The translations under genes were made by a program, and so were the position numbers. Below, piece by piece: positions 40,450 through 49,412 of a stretch of 64,000 bases of DNA. Under the pieces are notes generated by a model, which saw only the letters and a program-made list of their open reading frames with translations, did no database searches and had not been told where the DNA came from. Source of the stretch: an uncultured delta proteobacterium (GTDB lineage Bacteria; Bdellovibrionota_C; UBA2361; OMII01); NCBI GenBank assembly GCA_903904735.1, contig CAIVDM010000220.1, positions 20,320 through 84,319 on the forward strand, read 5' to 3'. Positions within the stretch are counted from its first letter, which is position 1; each line of letters starts with the position of its first letter.

Positions 40450-41442
40450 CTATACCTTAAAGTTTGTCATTTTATTCATCCACAGAACTCCAAGTATCAT
40501 CAAAGCGACTGATGCCTGGGCGTACCCGTTAAGACTTGGGTTCTGCCATGTTCCGAGAACGATATCCGGGGTGGAAGCGAACATATACGCCTGGAGTCCG
40601 GCGATCAGAAGGAGGATTACCCAAATCGAGCCTCGGTGCATACCCACCGCCCCAGAGGCCGCCATTTTGAAGTTTTGTCGCTTACGAACCTGCCTGGCGA
40701 GTCTATCGAGAGTGTCTGAAAGAGTTCCTCCGACTCTTCGGCTCAAAATCAAAGCCTGGACGAAAAGTTCTATTTCTGGGTGGTTAATGTCCTCCCCGAA
40801 CGAGCCTATAGAGCGATCCTCGGACACACCAACCCTAAGACGTTCGAGCATTAACCCCACTTCTTGCCGTACAAGCGAGGTTTCCTCTAGCCCTTCCGCG
40901 CCAGCCTGAAGCGCTTGAATAGTATTAAGACCTGTCTTCAACATACCTACCACAGAGAGTAGGAACTGTGGAAAATCGACGTCGAATTTGCGCGCCCGCG
41001 CCTCAATTCTGCGGTTAATCACGAAGTTCACAACTAAAGGTCCGACAAAGAGTGACATAACCTGCAGAATCTCTTTGCAGTACATATGCGCCACTGAGAA
41101 GGCGGCAAGACTGATTACCACTTGCGCCACGCTACAGAAATATACGGGATACTGACCGAGCTCCGCGTATCTAAGTCGCGTCGCGAGAGATAGTCCGCGT
41201 GACTGCTTCACCTCGATTTCCGGCTTCTGACTTCCGCGGCGCCCTTTCGCTCCGACAAGCGACTCTCCGTCACTGAGCGCTGAGTCGTCTAGATTGCGAT
41301 ACTCCTGGGATATCGATCGCAGTGATATACTAGAGGAAGAACCTCCGGCCGACGCTCCAATAGCGCCAGACCATAACAGGAACGCTCCCGCGACCAAAAG
41401 CAGCAGAAGCAAAATAAGAGTGATCTGGAAACCAGATATCAT
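40450..41442 (-). CDS. tadB: Tad inner-membrane platform protein TadB
   Basis: FPQFLLSVVGMLKTGLNTIQAL, RRVGGTLSDTLDRLARQVRKR; follows the ATPase. Confidence 0.85.
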   Translation of the reverse strand: MISGFQITLILLLLLLVAGAFLLWSGAIGASAGGSSSSISLRSISQEYRNLDDSALSDGESLVGAKGRRGSQKPEIEVKQSRGLSLATRLRYAELGQYPVYFCSVAQVVISLAAFSVAHMYCKEILQVMSLFVGPLVVNFVINRRIEARARKFDVDFPQFLLSVVGMLKTGLNTIQALQAGAEGLEETSLVRQEVGLMLERLRVGVSEDRSIGSFGEDINHPEIELFVQALILSRRVGGTLSDTLDRLARQVRKRQNFKMAASGAVGMHRGSIWVILLLIAGLQAYMFASTPDIVLGTWQNPSLNGYAQASVALMILGVLWMNKMTNFKV

Positions 41443-41447
41443 AACGC

Positions 41448-43019
41448 CTACTTCCTCGCTTTATCACGCTCATTACCACTCTCCACGAACGTTACCTCAC
41501 CGCCCGCTTCTCCCAAGTTAATGCCGTCATTCTTCAACTGCTCGGAGAAATTGCTGTTCCATGAGTCAACTCTCCAGACGGGGCGCACCCCTTGCTTCGC
41601 CAAGGTGAACATGGGTCTTACTTGAATCACTCCCTCGACGAAGTGTCCTACCTCTATGACTTCGGCGATTCGAGGCTTGCCTGTCGCCTTCTCTCGTATG
41701 AGCCAGACGACACAGTCGACAGCGAGGGCGATCTGTTGCCGTATAATGTCGATCGCGACAGACTTTTGAGCTCTTCCGAGGAGACTTTCAAGTCGGACGA
41801 GTGTCTCACGCGCGTTTCGGGCGTGGATTGTGGACATTCCCACATGGCCAGTTTGAGCGCTCTCTAGGAAGGCCTCAGCCGAAAATGGCGTTCTCATCTC
41901 ACCCAGCAAAACTCGTGTAGGAGTCATTCGTAACGTTGTCTTGATGTGCTCTTGAAGTGTTACTTCTCCGGCGCCCTCGGAGTTCGGAGGTCGAGAGACG
42001 AGAGAGCGAAAGTAGGGGTGGGCGAAGTTGAGCTCTGGGGTATCCTCGACGGCGACTATCGATTCGTCTGGACCAAATTGTGTGGCCAGGCATTTAATAA
42101 GCGTCGTTTTGCCAGTTCCCGTCTCTCCAGCGACCATCATGGTCGCCAGACCTGAACGTACGAGAGAGGCCAGATAATTCACGATGAGTGGTGGTGCTAC
42201 TTGATACTTTACGAGGTTATCGAGGGATACCTCAGACATTCGAGGGACACGAATACATAGAAGCGGGCCTCGCTGACCGCATACGCTCTCATGAACCGCG
42301 CACAATCGGATTCCATTTGGAAAGGAGGCGTCCACGGTATGCTGCTGCGTGCTTAGGGACTTGCCTAGTCGAAGCAAGAGACGATCTATGAACGTCATAT
42401 ACGCCTGAGGATTGGGCCACGACAGCCCCGTCGTCTCGCTTATCTTTCCCTTTTGCAGAACGACGGTCTTGTAATCATATACGTGAATATCCGTCACTTC
42501 CCGATTATCGATGAGTGGTTGTAGCACTCCCCAGCCGACCAAGTCTTTTTGAAGAGTGATGATGATATTAGCGCGTTCGATATCATCGATCGAATCTCCG
42601 CGTTTTTTTATCACGCGGTCCACAGCTTGAGCTATTACCGCCTCCGTCTTCGTGGCTGTGGCGAGCGCTTGCTGCATCGCCGAATCGCTTCCCAACTCTC
42701 TTCTAGCCTCTCGCATCACAGTCGAGGCGACTGGCGACATCTCCATCGTCTGCGTCGGATGTCGCACTTGCTGGGTTCCCGTTTGCGCCGCGCTCGCTGT
42801 TGTGGTTACGGTAGGGCGTTCAGGTTTCTTTATCGTAGCGTCTTGTTGATTGTGCGCGGCAGGCGGAGCGTCTGTTGATATGCGGGTGCGCTCAGCTCTC
42901 GTGGAGAACATTCCTTTTAACGAATTAGTATCACTGCGCTCCTTTCCACTCATATGCTTCCTGTCGTCGAGTGACGTCCGTTTCTTAGCAACAACAACTT
43001 GGGTGAACTGCGAACTCAA
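41448..43019 (-). CDS. cpaF: Tad/Flp pilus assembly ATPase CpaF/TadA
   Basis: GWGVLQPLI, GETGTGKTT (Walker A), VEDTPEL (Asp box), LRMTPTRVLLGEMR (Walker B), TGHVGMSTIHA (His box); TTG start uncertain. Confidence 0.9.
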   Translation of the reverse strand: MSSQFTQVVVAKKRTSLDDRKHMSGKERSDTNSLKGMFSTRAERTRISTDAPPAAHNQQDATIKKPERPTVTTTASAAQTGTQQVRHPTQTMEMSPVASTVMREARRELGSDSAMQQALATATKTEAVIAQAVDRVIKKRGDSIDDIERANIIITLQKDLVGWGVLQPLIDNREVTDIHVYDYKTVVLQKGKISETTGLSWPNPQAYMTFIDRLLLRLGKSLSTQQHTVDASFPNGIRLCAVHESVCGQRGPLLCIRVPRMSEVSLDNLVKYQVAPPLIVNYLASLVRSGLATMMVAGETGTGKTTLIKCLATQFGPDESIVAVEDTPELNFAHPYFRSLVSRPPNSEGAGEVTLQEHIKTTLRMTPTRVLLGEMRTPFSAEAFLESAQTGHVGMSTIHARNARETLVRLESLLGRAQKSVAIDIIRQQIALAVDCVVWLIREKATGKPRIAEVIEVGHFVEGVIQVRPMFTLAKQGVRPVWRVDSWNSNFSEQLKNDGINLGEAGGEVTFVESGNERDKARK

Positions 43020-43098
43020 TCGGAACCCCTACGCGCAAGACTCCGCGCTGAAACTCGCGAGGCCGTCGAGCATATGACCCACTTCACCCTTAGCAGAA

Positions 43099-43126
43099 GG
43101 GTCGGCACAAAACTTTCAGAGTATTA
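43099..43126 (-). promoter_or_regulatory. possible sigma28-type internal promoter for cpaF-tadB-tadC-sctV
   Basis: minus strand TAAT-N16-GCCGACCC within the 286-nt AT-rich gap. Confidence 0.3.
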
Positions 43127-43305
43127 GGCGCAGTGGCTTTATTTATGTACGGGCCACACGAACAAAGAGGAAGCGGCGTTAGGGATGGGATGGCTTTAGT
43201 ATAACTATCTGATTATATGCGGCCAATTTTACCAAAAGGCGTTTTCTTTTAATTGTCACTTTGTGATTTCGAAGAGAAACATCACAACTATCGTTTGGAA
43301 ACGAC

Positions 43306-44157
43306 TTATTCTGGGAGTAGAGCTGCGCCTACAACGCGATAGCGTCGACCGTCGATTAGTACCCAACCCTGGTCAGACGGTCCCTTGGCGGCTACATTGT
43401 CAGAGAGACCAATGATGGAGTCCAGCGGCACGGTTTCGGTCTCGATTATATCACCGGTATCTTCATCTCCACGTAGCAGAAGTCGTAGCGTTCCCTGGCC
43501 AGAGGCCAGTTTTAATCTTTTCTGGTCTTCAATTGAGACTTCTAACGTGACCGTCGACGCGTCTCCTTCTACCATTTGCGACTCGCCACCGAATTCCGAA
43601 GAAACGCTCGTTCCGCTTGATAGCACCCTCACGTTCTGGAGAATGATGGTGCCTGTCGCCTTTGGACCTGTATCGGCTACAAGCAATACATCGACACGAA
43701 CACCTGCCCGCGCCCAACCTTCATTCGTTGTCTCTCGGTCGAGCTTTACGGTTATAGCTCTGTATCCTTGACGAATCTTCGGGACAACGCTGTTTATAGG
43801 TGACTTCGAGGTAATGTGATCAGTGACCAATGGCTGCCCAGCCGGAATAAACGACTTAGCGTATACGCCTCGAAGCTGCTCAAAATCGGAGATGAGGTTG
43901 ACACCCGCCAGAGTGGTCTTTTCCCGCGACTCCTTACGGAAAAGGGTGGGTTTCAACTCCGCGCCCACATCGATGTTCTCTACGGGGACTAGAATATCAA
44001 CGACTCCTAATTCCGCCACCTGGGTTACGACAGGCTTTTGCTCTGGATTTTCTATAAATAACGCGGCCAACAAGAGGCCAGACGCTAACAGCAGGCCAAA
44101 ACCAACGATTATCCTGAACCGTGGGGCAGGGGCTGATTTTTTGTAACGAGTAGTCAC
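43306..44157 (-). CDS. cpaB: Flp pilus assembly protein CpaB/RcpC
   Basis: N-terminal TM, SAF-like domain, GYRAITVKLD, G..RAGVRVDVLL, ILQNVRVL, TVTLEVS...KLASGQGTLRLLLR. Confidence 0.88.
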   Translation of the reverse strand: MTTRYKKSAPAPRFRIIVGFGLLLASGLLLAALFIENPEQKPVVTQVAELGVVDILVPVENIDVGAELKPTLFRKESREKTTLAGVNLISDFEQLRGVYAKSFIPAGQPLVTDHITSKSPINSVVPKIRQGYRAITVKLDRETTNEGWARAGVRVDVLLVADTGPKATGTIILQNVRVLSSGTSVSSEFGGESQMVEGDASTVTLEVSIEDQKRLKLASGQGTLRLLLRGDEDTGDIIETETVPLDSIIGLSDNVAAKGPSDQGWVLIDGRRYRVVGAALLPE

Positions 44158-44181
44158 GGGTATGTCACTGAATTAAACGAC

Positions 44182-44213
44182 AAAGTCCCACGAGGCTGGA
44201 AGCCGCGCGGGAC
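44182..44213 (-). terminator. stem-loop downstream of the flp pilin gene (attenuator or mRNA stabiliser)
   Basis: minus strand GTCCCGCGCGGCT-TCC-AGCCTCGTGGGAC followed by TTTG; 13-bp stem with one mismatch and one G-U pair. Confidence 0.6.
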
Positions 44214-44237
44214 CCTGGACTTGTAGAGCAGACCGAA

Positions 44238-44435
44238 CTATCCGATCTGTCCCGCGACAGTGCTGAACTGTTTAGAAATGTTACTTCCAAGTACTCTCAT
44301 AGCGGCAATTCCGGCCACCGCGACTAATGCGACGAGTAGCGCGTATTCCACCAGCGACGCTCCCTTCTGGGACTTCTTCTCGAGATGGGTTTCTTTTTTA
44401 TCTAACGACACTTCAATTGACATAGACTCCTCCAA
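44238..44435 (-). CDS. flp: Flp family type IVb/IVc pilin
   Basis: KSQKG|ASLVEYALLVALVAVAGIAAM, class III signal with Flp EY motif; GGAGGAG RBS suggests a start at the downstream MSIEV. Confidence 0.92.
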   Translation of the reverse strand: MEESMSIEVSLDKKETHLEKKSQKGASLVEYALLVALVAVAGIAAMRVLGSNISKQFSTVAGQIG

Positions 44436-44575
44436 GCTGACTCACATGAACCAATGCTGATACATGCCCACTAGTTTTAAGTAGAGCCTTTACCAGGCGA
44501 AGCCCTCTGGGGCACCAGTAATAAAGACCCACTCTGTATGCTATTCCCCGACTCTCTAAACCGTCAACTGTGAAT

Positions 44576-45841
44576 TTAACGCATTTCACTCTCAGAACGT
44601 CGACGAAACAGACGTTGTAGCCAACCACGGGCGGAGCTCGCGTCCTCGTCGTAGGAGATTCCCACACCCTTTACCCCGAGTTGCTCCACAAGACCCAGCT
44701 TACGCGCAATATCCGCGATTACATTCCTAAGCTCTTTACTTCCACTACTATATAAGGTGCTGCCCGTGCCAGGCCACTCAGCTGCCTTCGGGTCAAAAGG
44801 AATCACTGGAAGACTCCATGCCGCTTCACTCAGCTGGTGAACATTGTCGAGCTCTGTGGATATCTGTTTGAAGTTCACCGGCTCATCACTCGAGGGATTA
44901 ATGATAAATCGCAGACGGTCGCTTCCGCCCAGGAGAGGCTTCACTGAGGTCAACAACAAATCAACCGCCGTTAGGCCAAGCTCCGAGTCATCGGTGACCA
45001 TTATTACTAGGTCCGCGACTCGCAGAAGACCTCCCACCGCGGGCCCCATACGACCGGCGGTATCAACGATCACCACGTCAAATAGCACTCTAGACAATTC
45101 AATTATTCGTTGCGAAATCTCCATTCCATCGGCATGGCACACAAGGTCCATTGATTCAGCGAATCCCGCCGGCGGCGTTAGCACCGAGACGTCCCCCACA
45201 ATAGGTATGAGCGCGTCACGAAAAGTCTCTCGATTTATGTCGCGACTTCCATTAACCCATCCACTGATAATTTTCGCCTCTGGTCCACTCGCCGCGAGAG
45301 CGCGACTAAGATCCTTTGTTTCAACGTCTAAGTCCCACAACATGGTCCTTCGATTCGCGGCGCTGCACGCTTCTCCCAGGGCGGCGGTCACTGAAGTTCC
45401 TCCCACTCCACCTTTGGCGTGTAGAACCACAACTATCCGTCCTTCATATGTCCGGCCATCCTTTCGAAAGTCCGCGTGAATCGCGACCAACTCTTGTAGA
45501 AGATCGAGAGAACCCGCGCTCTCAGGAAATACTTTTCTCACCCCTACGGAGTGAGCCGATCGGAAGGCTCCGCCGCCATACTCCTTATCAGTGACGAACA
45601 TGACGATCTGGATCCAAGCCGCTTCTGTGCGGATCTGACGAGCCAGCGATATCGCCTGGTCCGAAATACCTGACCCAAAAATAACGACATCGGCCTCTGA
45701 AAGACGGTCAACGAACTCACGATCGTTAACGAGGCGTACCTTCAGGTCCAACATCTCCTTGTCGCCCTTTGTGAAGCCCTCGATCCGTTTCGCGCACAGC
45801 GCCTGGGTTTCAGTTGAGTTATCGACGATGAGAACTCTCAT
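44576..45841 (-). CDS. cpaE: CpaE/TadZ-like localisation ATPase (receiver-like N-domain plus MinD/ParA-like domain)
   Basis: MRVLIVDN receiver-like start; degenerate Walker A HAKGGVGGTS; LWDLD; VVIVDT; start overlaps the kinase stop. Confidence 0.8.
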   Translation of the reverse strand: MRVLIVDNSTETQALCAKRIEGFTKGDKEMLDLKVRLVNDREFVDRLSEADVVIFGSGISDQAISLARQIRTEAAWIQIVMFVTDKEYGGGAFRSAHSVGVRKVFPESAGSLDLLQELVAIHADFRKDGRTYEGRIVVVLHAKGGVGGTSVTAALGEACSAANRRTMLWDLDVETKDLSRALAASGPEAKIISGWVNGSRDINRETFRDALIPIVGDVSVLTPPAGFAESMDLVCHADGMEISQRIIELSRVLFDVVIVDTAGRMGPAVGGLLRVADLVIMVTDDSELGLTAVDLLLTSVKPLLGGSDRLRFIINPSSDEPVNFKQISTELDNVHQLSEAAWSLPVIPFDPKAAEWPGTGSTLYSSGSKELRNVIADIARKLGLVEQLGVKGVGISYDEDASSARGWLQRLFRRRSESEMR

Positions 45842-47319
45842 AATTGACCACCGAATAGACTTAATTTATCTAAAAACGACGGGCTGAATATCTTTAAAAA
45901 GACAAAACCAAACGCGACTCCGAAGCAAACCGCGATAAGAAGCGTTAGCATATCGAGCACCCGCAGACGACGATTACTAGCTTCTAACAAATCTACGGGA
46001 AACTCGGTAGTTGTGTGCCCTCTCGTATGCCGGTCTCTAAATCCACTTCGCTCGTTATATCCCTCAGGCCCTCGAATTGGTGTTTGTGCCTGTGCCGCCT
46101 TTGACGACTCGGCGGCATCGGATCCAGAAAGCGCGTATTCAACATACGAAGCGCTCAAAACTTCTGTATCACTGTTGATTGTCTGCCTCGGCTTGCCGGC
46201 AACATTTATCGCCGGGGATGATTCCGAACCCCTCGACGCGGCTGAATGGGAATCGGAGGTCGACCAATCAGTGGTGTCCGAACGACCTCGAGCTTTACTA
46301 ACATCGATGGATCCGTCCGAGCTGAGCAATTGAGTCTCATAGCCCATCTTTGCCGTTGTAGAATTGGTCGCAGGATCCATGAGTGAAGGACCGACGTATC
46401 GCTGCCCGGGTTGGAGACCTCCCGTTGGCATATATAAACCACTTCCAGTCTGAGACTGGATTCCGGCGTTTGCGGCCGCGCGCTGAAGGTCGGCGAATAT
46501 CTCCATCGCCGATTGATATCGCGCCTCTGGATCTCGCTCTAGCGCTTTTAAGATGATCGAGTCTATCTCTGGCGAGCACTCTTTTCGGAGCTTACTAGGA
46601 GGCTCTGGGTCTACTTGCAAACGCTTGCTTATAGACTCATAAGGACTATCTCCCTTGAATGGCGGCTCCCCAGTTAACATCTCAAATGCCAGAATGCCCA
46701 AGGCATAGATGTCAGACCGCCAGTCCACTTGAGACCTCAGCATATACTCCGGGGCAACGTATTCAATCGTTCCTACCACGCCCCCATGCTCCGTTAACTT
46801 AGGCCCGTTACGATTACGAGCTATGCCGAAATCAGCGATCTTAATGTTGCCCTCGTTAGTGAGAAGGATATTTTCAGGCTTTAAGTCTCGATGAACAATT
46901 CCCGCGTCGTGAATGGCCTGCACCCCCGCGGTCATCTGACTTAGCAGTTTGATAAACTCAGCGATGCTCATGAGCTGGGATCGGCTCATTCTATCCGCTA
47001 AGTCACCCCCTCCCACAAACTCCATCGTGTAAGCGACGAGATCCCCATCCGTAATATACTCGTATGCGCGCACTACATTGGGGTGAGAGACTCCATACGA
47101 GGCGAGCACCTCATTTTTGAACCTTGCCGCCGCTACCTTGTCAGCCGCTACCTCATGAAAGAGCACTTTCGCCGCGACCATCTGCCCCTGGAGCTCTCGG
47201 TGCCTGCACGCGTACACCATTCCCATAGACCCGGCGCCGAGGCACTTAACGACCTCATACTTTCCGCCGATCACGGTACCTGGTTGTAAGCTTATGAGAT
47301 GCTGGTCCGACATAATCAC
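45838..47319 (-). CDS. Hanks-type Ser/Thr protein kinase, C-terminally membrane-anchored
   Basis: LGAGSMGMVY, AAKVL, HRDLKPEN, DFG, GT.EYVAPE, SDIYALG all intact; C-terminal TM. Confidence 0.93.
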   Translation of the reverse strand: MIMSDQHLISLQPGTVIGGKYEVVKCLGAGSMGMVYACRHRELQGQMVAAKVLFHEVAADKVAAARFKNEVLASYGVSHPNVVRAYEYITDGDLVAYTMEFVGGGDLADRMSRSQLMSIAEFIKLLSQMTAGVQAIHDAGIVHRDLKPENILLTNEGNIKIADFGIARNRNGPKLTEHGGVVGTIEYVAPEYMLRSQVDWRSDIYALGILAFEMLTGEPPFKGDSPYESISKRLQVDPEPPSKLRKECSPEIDSIILKALERDPEARYQSAMEIFADLQRAAANAGIQSQTGSGLYMPTGGLQPGQRYVGPSLMDPATNSTTAKMGYETQLLSSDGSIDVSKARGRSDTTDWSTSDSHSAASRGSESSPAINVAGKPRQTINSDTEVLSASYVEYALSGSDAAESSKAAQAQTPIRGPEGYNERSGFRDRHTRGHTTTEFPVDLLEASNRRLRVLDMLTLLIAVCFGVAFGFVFLKIFSPSFLDKLSLFGGQL

Positions 47320-47327
47320 CTAGCTTA

Positions 47328-48347
47328 TCACTCCTCGCCCATTTCTATAGAGACCAAACAAACGTGGAACTTTTTCTCTCCAAAGAAAACAACATCCCCG
47401 TGCCTCGCGACTCCTTTCTCTCCTGACAAAGACTCATCCTCCCCGGAATCTATGTGAATTATGCGCGTACCGAATTCAGAGAGCTGATCTAAGATGTAAA
47501 TAGGTTCCCCACTGGAGATCCTCATAATGGCGTGCATCGGCGACACTGAACTATCCTCTATCACGAGACAAGGCGCCGCGCCCACACTTTCAGAGGTAAC
47601 TATCATTCTGCCCTCCCGGAGTTCCACGAACATCCCCCTCGGGTCCGCGTCAAACGACACCAAAAACCCAACGAGCGCGCCCCCGTTCATGCCCGACGGC
47701 GGCAAACGATGGGGACGTTCCTTGCGATGACGTGCGCTTAAAACAGATGCCCCCGCCTCGGACTTCTCTTTCATGTGGAGCGCAGATCCATCGGCGTCTG
47801 AGGCCGATATCTCGCTGGATTGTTCGGTGATATCGAGACTCACCGTTCCTGAGTCGATTACTCCTGGAAGGCCCGAGGATTCATCTGTTTCCACAGGAGT
47901 CGACTCCTCTGATGATGCATCAAAGTGAGCACTATCGACCGACGGGTCGATACCATCATTCACGACCGAATGACTCGAAATAGCATCCGCCATCTCCCCC
48001 ATAGATTGTGCGTCGTCAACGAAGTTCAACGGGTCGACTCGATTTTCGAGCGGCTCCGCGTCGACTTCTGACCCACGTGGCTCCTCGGATCCCATCAGCT
48101 CGTCCTCAGCGAAAATATCAAAGAGCGCGTGGTCAAGCGCGCTGTGATCGGAACTCCCCTGCTCAGGTGTCTCCCCCACCACGCCAAGTAGGTCAGCTAC
48201 CTGCTCATGCGTCGGAGAGCCCTCCGACGCGGACCGAAGAGCCCCAAGCTGGTCGGCTCCCATAACGATAGTTTTATTTCGCGCTCGATGAGCGCTCAAG
48301 ACGATTCGAGGATTTGATTTACCGCTATTTTCCATACGTATCTCCAA
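47328..48347 (-). CDS. FHA-domain protein (degenerate) with long acidic disordered N-region
   Basis: C-terminal LVGFLVSFD...ELREGR...VSPMHA...DQLSEFGT...HGDVVFFG fits the FHA fold. Confidence 0.7.
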   Translation of the reverse strand: MEIRMENSGKSNPRIVLSAHRARNKTIVMGADQLGALRSASEGSPTHEQVADLLGVVGETPEQGSSDHSALDHALFDIFAEDELMGSEEPRGSEVDAEPLENRVDPLNFVDDAQSMGEMADAISSHSVVNDGIDPSVDSAHFDASSEESTPVETDESSGLPGVIDSGTVSLDITEQSSEISASDADGSALHMKEKSEAGASVLSARHRKERPHRLPPSGMNGGALVGFLVSFDADPRGMFVELREGRMIVTSESVGAAPCLVIEDSSVSPMHAIMRISSGEPIYILDQLSEFGTRIIHIDSGEDESLSGEKGVARHGDVVFFGEKKFHVCLVSIEMGEE

Positions 48348-49332
48348 GTATCGCGAAAAACAGAAAGCCCATTACCGTAAGCAGCATGCCCACGATGCCG
48401 ACAACTGCCACCAATCCCAAATGGGAGGAAAGCGGCGCCCGCCTCCTCTTTTTTCGAGATGCGTTGGGTTTAAGTACTTTGGGAGTAGCCGCGTCGTCAG
48501 TCTCCTTGGCGGGAGGAGCCTGCTCATCGCAAAGCTCTCCTGCGAGGGGGATAACAACAGCCGTTATATTATCGTATCCACCACGCTCACGAGCCAACTC
48601 AATCAACTTAGTGCACGCTTCGAGAGGAGAGTACGCCCCTACTATCGCCGCCATGTCAGGCTCGGATACAAGGCTATAGAGACCATCCGAGCACAGCAGG
48701 AGCGCCCCCTGCTGATTCTCCTGAACTGATGAGGCCACCCAAAATCGATAGATATCGATCCCAAAACCCACCGCCGAACCGAGACACCGAGTTAGAATAT
48801 GAGACTGAGGATGCATCAAAGCGTCCTCTGGTCGAACATGTCCCAGGTCCACTAACTGTTGTACAAACGTGTGATCGGACGTCAACTGTCGAGCGGCGCC
48901 ACCAGCGATATAATAGGCTCTTGAATCCCCCACCGAAGCGATGACAACCTGGTTGCCACTACAAAGCGCCGCGACAACTGTAGTTCCCATAGACGAGAAC
49001 TTTGGGTTTTGTCGGCGTAACGCTATTACATCATGGGCGCTCTGAAGCGCCTCGCGCAGCATTTCCGTGGGGTCACTTCCAGAAGCTTTCTCGAAGTGAG
49101 AACGAACCGTATCAACCGAGAGTTGCGCAGCGGCCTCACCACCAGGCTCGCCACCCATTCCATCAAACACGAAGTAGCCCATTCCAAGGGCGGCCTTAAG
49201 CACGAGAAACCGATCCTCGTTTTTCGGTCGCTCACAACCAGTGTCCGTGAGCGCGGCGGGCACTCCGGCAATGTCGAAGCTCCCCGTTTTACGAGCTGGT
49301 TTATCCTTGTTCTGCTCCTGGTCCAGAATCAT
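48325..49332 (-). CDS. PP2C/PPM-family Ser/Thr phosphatase with C-terminal TM
   Basis: TDTG..R..NEDR, VFDGMGG, MGTT, VGDSRAY, LT.DH, LCSDGL, GGYDNIT. Confidence 0.93.
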   Translation of the reverse strand: MILDQEQNKDKPARKTGSFDIAGVPAALTDTGCERPKNEDRFLVLKAALGMGYFVFDGMGGEPGGEAAAQLSVDTVRSHFEKASGSDPTEMLREALQSAHDVIALRRQNPKFSSMGTTVVAALCSGNQVVIASVGDSRAYYIAGGAARQLTSDHTFVQQLVDLGHVRPEDALMHPQSHILTRCLGSAVGFGIDIYRFWVASSVQENQQGALLLCSDGLYSLVSEPDMAAIVGAYSPLEACTKLIELARERGGYDNITAVVIPLAGELCDEQAPPAKETDDAATPKVLKPNASRKKRRRAPLSSHLGLVAVVGIVGMLLTVMGFLFFAILGDTYGK

Positions 49333-49412
49333 GCCTTCAACGCTGATAACCTATGTTCATAGCTCACGCCGCCCTCGCCGGGTTTGTCGCGCTCTTGCTG
49401 CCTCACAGACCT

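Noticed and set aside
43261-43287. TTGTGAT-N13-ATCACAA palindrome as a CRP/FNR site
   Set aside because: The half-site spacing is far longer than the CRP/FNR spacing; it may just be a hairpin 3' of cpaB and is left unassigned.
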